Assembly: GCA_020630115.1 (NCBI GenBank)
Contig: JAHDCA010000002.1
Span: 1 to 25,903, forward strand
Length of the DNA stretch: 25,903 nucleotides
DNA from: Candidatus Dojkabacteria bacterium
GTDB taxonomy: Bacteria > Patescibacteriota > Dojkabacteria > SC72 > JAHDCA01
Direction: 5' to 3'
Part shown: positions 21,642 through 25,903 of the stretch, in pieces
Layout of the letters: every line of letters begins with the position of its first letter
Numbering within the stretch: position 1 is the first letter of the stretch
The notes under the pieces: generated by a model
Told to the model about the DNA's origin: nothing
Database searches by the model: none
The model's input: only the letters and a program-made list of their open reading frames with translations
Translations under genes and position numbers: made by a program

Positions 21642-23993
21642 TTATCTCCTAATCGTGATTCTATATATTAGCTGTCTAACTCTATTGTTTAACACTTCAA
21701 TATTAGTACCGCCCATTACATACACCGAGTAACCTAAAATCATCATACTTAGACTCAATAGTATCAATGATACGTTCCTAATTGACATACCTATAACAGA
21801 TGTATCAGGTAAAGGCTGAGCAGGGTTAACTGGATCGATAACTTCATCAATTGGGTCAGTAATAACAACTGGATTTTCAACCTCATCAACAGGATCAGGA
21901 GTCTCAGTAACCGTACTTGGAGGTGGAGGAGTAACTGGGTTTACTGCATTAACTGTATGAGTGGTATTAGTACATTGTGAGCTACAGTAATCACAACTTC
22001 CAGAAGCACCACTAATATTACACCTCACACCATTTAATGTACCGTTATCACATTGCTCAGAGCCATTTACAATTCCATCACCACAGCTGATTAGTACACA
22101 TGAGTCATTACAATTAGCACCACCATCACACTGTTCACCAGCATCGACAACGCCATCACCACAACTTGGCAGTGAGCAAGTAGAACTACAGCCATCACCA
22201 TCTGTAAGGTTACCATCATCACATGATTCACCCTCTGCAACAATTCCATCGCCACATATGTTTCTAACAAAGTCCTCATCAGAAGCCTCACAGTTTTCAT
22301 CACCAGCCTGACAGCTCTCATGTTCAATTACCGCAACATTGTTTAATGTTGTTGTACCTGTGGTTAATGGATTCTGAACCTTCACTGTTACCCTCAAATC
22401 AACATCATCACCAGCTGGAATATCTAAATTATCCCAAGTAATCTCGAGTCCAGTATTTTGACCACCATTATCAGAGCTTTGATACTCTAATTGAGGAGGC
22501 AAGGTGTCTTTTACAGTAACACCTGCAGCATCAAGATTTCCTTCGTTTGCAACGTTAATTACGTAAGTGATTGTCTCACCTGCTTCAACCTCAGTCTTAC
22601 CATCATCTTTAGTCAATTTAAGTTCGATACTGCCTGTACAAGTTGAAGAGTCAGGATAATCTGCGTGCCTACAAGTATTAGTATCTGGATTACAGATATG
22701 ACCATCCTCACCACAATTCGCGTCAGATGTACAAGCTTCGTTACAAACAGAGTGAACACATGTAACACTCTCAGGATTGTCAACCATCCTACAAACTCCA
22801 TCATCGTTACAGAACAAACCTTCACCTGAGCAACTCGCATCTGTTGTACACGCTTGATTACATGTTGATAATTCACATGTCTCACTTGTTGGATTAGCAT
22901 CCATTCGACATACGCCTTGATCTGTACATGAAAGACCTTCTGGACAAAGCAGGTTTGTATCATTACATTCCTGATTACATGAAACAGTCTTCTTCTCGAC
23001 TGGAGCGCTACATGTCTCACTAGTTGGGTTAAGTGGGTTTCGGCAGGTATTTGACGCAGCATCACATGAAAGTCCATTTGCACAGTCTACGTTTGACCTA
23101 CAGGCTTGATTACACTCGGCTGGGCTACATGTAATAGAATTCACAAATTCATTACCTGGATAGTCTGGATTGTAACATTTTAGATAATTAGTCGTACCAG
23201 GTTGGTCTCCACATTTCATATCACCTGTACAGTGAGCGTCTTCAGAACAACCTTCACCACAGTGATTTAGACGACAATCTTTTCTGGCATTTATAAAGAT
23301 ATGAAGTGTTCCGTATCCATTTACATCGTAGTACTCAGGATGGACACATTTTCCACCTTGATTACAGATATTATCACCTTTACACTCAAAGTCGTGAGCA
23401 CATGATTCATTACAACTTGCATAAGTACATGTTTTAGATGTTGGATTTTCAGGATTTCGACATGTTCCGGTTGCAGCGTAACAAGTAAGTCCTCCACTAC
23501 AGTCAGCATCATTAGTGCAAGCACCATCACACATTACGTCACCAGATCCGCAAACAGCTGATGTCAGATTATTCGGATTTCGACAAGTTCCAGAACCTTC
23601 TGAGTCACATACTAGGCCGTCAGCACATTCTTCGTCCCAAGTACAATCGATATTACAAAAGAATTTACCACAAAATGCGCCCCAAACAGGATCACCCCCA
23701 CCACTTCCAGGTTCCGTTGGGTGACCAGGTCTTTCAGACACATTTACCCCACATTGGTTATTACCAAAACAAGGAACTGTATATTGACGTCCTCGCTTAT
23801 CTCGCCCTAAGCAAGTGAATACAGGCACTGGCCCTAAAGAAGCATTAGACTCACCTGGTACAGTTGAGCTTGTGATAGTTGGACTAATTGTTACAAAATA
23901 TACACTTAGTATAAATACATTTAAAATTGCAATAAGCAAAAAAGGTAAAATCCTTTTATTAATCTTTAGTTTTTTTGAATTTTTTTTATACAT
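21642..23993 (-). CDS. Large disulfide-rich surface protein: N-terminal TM, eight 6-Cys repeats, DUF11 domain, three DUF4215-type repeats, Pro-rich stalk, LPDTS motif and TM
   Basis: Repeats such as CNQACRSNVDCANGLSCDAASNTCRNPLNPTSETC. DUF11: LTKDDGKTEVEAGETITYVINVANEG...VKDTLP. DUF4215: CGDGIVAEGESCDDGNLTDGDGCSSTC. Confidence 0.9.
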   Translation of the reverse strand: MYKKNSKKLKINKRILPFLLIAILNVFILSVYFVTISPTITSSTVPGESNASLGPVPVFTCLGRDKRGRQYTVPCFGNNQCGVNVSERPGHPTEPGSGGGDPVWGAFCGKFFCNIDCTWDEECADGLVCDSEGSGTCRNPNNLTSAVCGSGDVMCDGACTNDADCSGGLTCYAATGTCRNPENPTSKTCTYASCNESCAHDFECKGDNICNQGGKCVHPEYYDVNGYGTLHIFINARKDCRLNHCGEGCSEDAHCTGDMKCGDQPGTTNYLKCYNPDYPGNEFVNSITCSPAECNQACRSNVDCANGLSCDAASNTCRNPLNPTSETCSAPVEKKTVSCNQECNDTNLLCPEGLSCTDQGVCRMDANPTSETCELSTCNQACTTDASCSGEGLFCNDDGVCRMVDNPESVTCVHSVCNEACTSDANCGEDGHICNPDTNTCRHADYPDSSTCTGSIELKLTKDDGKTEVEAGETITYVINVANEGNLDAAGVTVKDTLPPQLEYQSSDNGGQNTGLEITWDNLDIPAGDDVDLRVTVKVQNPLTTGTTTLNNVAVIEHESCQAGDENCEASDEDFVRNICGDGIVAEGESCDDGNLTDGDGCSSTCSLPSCGDGVVDAGEQCDGGANCNDSCVLISCGDGIVNGSEQCDNGTLNGVRCNISGASGSCDYCSSQCTNTTHTVNAVNPVTPPPPSTVTETPDPVDEVENPVVITDPIDEVIDPVNPAQPLPDTSVIGMSIRNVSLILLSLSMMILGYSVYVMGGTNIEVLNNRVRQLIYRITIRR
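22638..23657 (-). repeat. Eight tandem 6-Cys protein repeats (aa 113-452)
   Basis: Repeats start at C113, C155, C194, C245, C294, C339, C378 and C417. Consensus C-x3-C-x5/6-C-x5/6-C-x5/7-C-R-x3-N-P-x-S-x-T-C, with longer loops in repeats 3 and 4. Confidence 0.85.
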
Positions 23994-23995
23994 AG

Positions 23996-24652
23996 CTATT
24001 TCTCATAATCAAACTTACTTATATCGAAGGTCATATGATAATCTCCAATCTCTTCAAGCTTCTCTCGCTCAGTATTTGCTTCATCGTAAGTCCTTCCATT
24101 TGTATCTTTTACATACAATTGTGGTGCAGCTGAATATCCAAAAATACTTGCAAGACTCATGACATATTTTTCATTTTCAAGTCCCAATTGACCAAGGTTT
24201 AAATAGTTTTGGTCATAATTATTTTTTATCCATAAGTCATACTGCTTATCGGTAGCAAGCTCTTCTGAGTTAATAAAAATATGAAACTCATCAGCACCAA
24301 AACCGTTAAGTAGCGTCCAAATATTTCCGACATTTTTGTTCTCATATGAAAGAATATTATCGGTAAAACCACCAAGCTCGTCTTCATCTCCATTAAATGA
24401 CCTAGCCGTAGCCTCAAAGTACTCCTCACCATTATTTTTTTCCAACACTGATGTCCTTGCTGCTTCTCTTGTCACAATAGTATTTTCATCTATAACAAAC
24501 TCTACATCATCTACCTCGATAGGTTTATCATTTGTAGTTTTTGCTTCAGACTTCCCAGAATAATCTCTATAAATGAGATATCCTGAAGCAATGAAAGTTA
24601 CCAAGATAAAAGCTATTAAAATGATATTATAATAAGATTTTTTTAATTTCAT
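23996..24652 (-). CDS. Membrane-anchored hypothetical protein
   Basis: N-terminal TM. The C-terminal YDLWIK...LNLGQL pattern loosely resembles the RskA-type extracytoplasmic domain (weak). Ends 2 nt before the next gene. Confidence 0.75.
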   Translation of the reverse strand: MKLKKSYYNIILIAFILVTFIASGYLIYRDYSGKSEAKTTNDKPIEVDDVEFVIDENTIVTREAARTSVLEKNNGEEYFEATARSFNGDEDELGGFTDNILSYENKNVGNIWTLLNGFGADEFHIFINSEELATDKQYDLWIKNNYDQNYLNLGQLGLENEKYVMSLASIFGYSAAPQLYVKDTNGRTYDEANTEREKLEEIGDYHMTFDISKFDYEK

Positions 24653-24655
24653 ATG

Positions 24656-24661
24656 TATAAT
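24656..24661 (+). promoter_or_regulatory. -10 box (TATAAT), probably giving a leaderless transcript
   Basis: Perfect TATAAT 7 nt before ATG 24669, within a 16-bp divergent gap. Confidence 0.5.
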
Positions 24662-24668
24662 TAATCAT

Positions 24669-25565
24669 ATGCCAAAATCTAAGTCAAGAAAAACACTTAT
24701 AGTAACCTCATTTTTTTTCATTATCTTTTTAATGATACTCACATCACTACTTTCAGAAATCAAAGCCTCGAAGAAGATTGTATCTCAAAATCTCATTATC
24801 GATTTATATGAATTAGATACCCAAGTCAATATTCAATACCTAGAGGTGCCTGGTTTATTATGGAAAACAGAGCATCTTACATTGGGGTTTACAAACGAAG
24901 ACCTTAGCGACAATGGAAAAATTCTTAGTCGAAGGAGTTTTGGTAACTCAACTAGTCCCTCTATAAATTTTGAAGAAGATAAATTCAAGTTTAAAGTCTC
25001 TCCTAATAACCATGACTTCAGTCAATATAATATCCAGGTCGAACATGAGAACCTAAAAGTCTCCGGAGAAACACTAGCCAGTGAAACCCTAAGAAATCAC
25101 AAGATTAACACCGATGTAATTTTTATAACTGATCTCCAAGTTGAGTTTCAAAATCAGAAATATGAAGGACGCAAATCTATATATAGACAACAAACAGTTT
25201 CACAAAAACAGCAAGAATTATCAACTCCAGATATAAAATCCAACATCAGCTGGGGATATTCGGATGGAAGAGTTATTTACTTAGACCAATCAAATAGCGA
25301 AACAAACCCTACACTTGACCATGCTTACTTTGTAGACTTTAAAATCGCAAATGATGGCAACCCTTACTCATCTCTCCATACTAATTATAAGTACAAAGAA
25401 ACTTATCGATCAATGATTTGGGATTCACTTGAGTCTGACTCACTTGATATTATTGTACAACCAGATGCAAGAGTAGATGGTCAATTCACTCATACTTATG
25501 GACAAGCGTATTCCGAAAATTTTAACTTAAAAAACTTCCCTGTATTTGTCTTCTTAGAAAACTAA
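24669..25565 (+). CDS. Exported or membrane-anchored hypothetical protein (beta-rich)
   Basis: 298 aa with a basic N-terminus and hydrophobic LIVTSFFFIIFLMILTSLL. No family recognised. Confidence 0.75.
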   Translation: MPKSKSRKTLIVTSFFFIIFLMILTSLLSEIKASKKIVSQNLIIDLYELDTQVNIQYLEVPGLLWKTEHLTLGFTNEDLSDNGKILSRRSFGNSTSPSINFEEDKFKFKVSPNNHDFSQYNIQVEHENLKVSGETLASETLRNHKINTDVIFITDLQVEFQNQKYEGRKSIYRQQTVSQKQQELSTPDIKSNISWGYSDGRVIYLDQSNSETNPTLDHAYFVDFKIANDGNPYSSLHTNYKYKETYRSMIWDSLESDSLDIIVQPDARVDGQFTHTYGQAYSENFNLKNFPVFVFLEN

Positions 25566-25570
25566 ACAGC

Positions 25571-25616
25571 AAAAAGACCCCCGTACGTATCATCTTTCGA
25601 ATCAACTGGAGGTCTT
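25571..25616 (-). terminator. Terminator-like hairpin with a structured 25-nt interior
   Basis: Minus strand AAGACCTCC...GGGGGTCTT followed by TTT. It lies between convergent genes. Confidence 0.6.
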
Positions 25617-25762
25617 ATTGGTTGAAGAGTCCCTAAGTACTAGTAATATACAACACCTCTAATTTTTGAGAAGTTCTCTTGCGAAAACCCTTAATTATTA
25701 ATTACTTTTTAAGATTATCCAATCCCCAGTTTAATTTTCCACATTCCCACCAGGCTTTAAAA

Positions 25763-25903
25763 TCACACTGCCAACTCAAAAACCCAATCACCGAAATCAC
25801 TACTATCGCCTCTTACAACTTTGAAAAACTCATTTTGAATATTCCTACTGACCTCCCCAATTTCTGACGAGATAGCCCTACCATCAATTTCATTAATCCA
25901 AGC
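25763..25903 (-). CDS. C-terminus of a class IV aminotransferase (IlvE/D-amino-acid aminotransferase family), 5'-partial
   Basis: Not in the ORF track. The minus frame from the window edge reads AWINEIDGRAISSEIGEVSRNIQNEFFKVVRGDSSDFGDWVFELAV*, resembling the IlvE C-terminal pattern (I-x-E-x-D-G-R-x-I...G-x3-x-x-x-x-Q-x2-F-F-x2-V-x-G...W). Confidence 0.7.
   Translation of the reverse strand, partial: AWINEIDGRAISSEIGEVSRNIQNEFFKVVRGDSSDFGDWVFELAV

Noticed and set aside
21541-21732. 63-aa plus-strand ORF
   Set aside because: It is antisense to the tmRNA 5' end, promoter, terminator and a gene end, with no recognisable protein features.
22638-23657. CRISPR array or DNA tandem repeat
   Set aside because: The periodicity is at the protein level with degenerate codons; there are no identical DNA repeats with spacers and no cas genes.
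1086-24563. Remaining short track ORFs nested in or antisense to long genes (for example 1086, 3168, 6044, 7937, 8718, 9595, 10373, 10689, 11042, 11939, 13040, 13713, 13937, 14788, 16596, 16907, 17939, 18430, 18670, 22091, 22613, 23321, 23515, 23561, 23815, 24226, 24336)
   Set aside because: They lie wholly or almost wholly within better-supported CDSs and have no motifs or independent expression signals.
25571-25690. c-di-GMP-I riboswitch or SECIS element
   Set aside because: TTCGAAAGA and the tandem GA quartet are reminiscent, but the other conserved elements and helix lengths are missing. No same-strand gene lies immediately downstream.
25679-25867. 62-aa plus-strand ORF
   Set aside because: It is the shadow of the minus-strand aminotransferase C-terminus.
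1-25903. Alternative genetic code 25 (Gracilibacteria/Absconditabacteria)
   Set aside because: Long ORFs are intact under code 11 with Gly and Trp encoded normally, and TGA ends the aminotransferase at 25765-25763.

Overview
A 25.9 kb AT-rich bacterial chromosomal segment using genetic code 11 (TGA is used as a stop and long ORFs have no in-frame TGA). It looks most like a Patescibacteria/CPR genome, possibly Dojkabacteria-like. That placement is inferred from gene content: PilO, compact rpoD, bacterial Elp3, DUF4012 fusion, PEGA and Cys-rich surface proteins, and tiny intergenic gaps. Housekeeping genes: rpoD, ung, trxB plus a glutaredoxin-like protein, a GIY-YIG nuclease, an MFS-like transporter, the 3' end of a class IV aminotransferase (absent from the ORF track) and a one-piece tmRNA at 21147-21564. 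The best candidate for an undescribed system is Elp3 paired head-to-head with a Trm9/ALKBH8-like methyltransferase. The two start codons are separated by 18 bp containing one palindromic -10 element (ATTATAAT), suggesting a co-regulated eukaryote/archaea-style mcm5U34 tRNA pathway in a bacterium. Also notable: six perfect TATAAT boxes 5-7 nt before start codons (leaderless expression), a 28-residue tmRNA tag with a structured 3' trailer, and three disulfide-rich surface proteins with non-canonical sortase-like motifs. There is also a His/Cys-repeat protein-FNR operon and a phospho-His swivel-domain protein lacking an ATP-grasp domain. No CRISPR array, rRNA, tRNA or mobile element was found. 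All family assignments come from motif recognition, not database searches.
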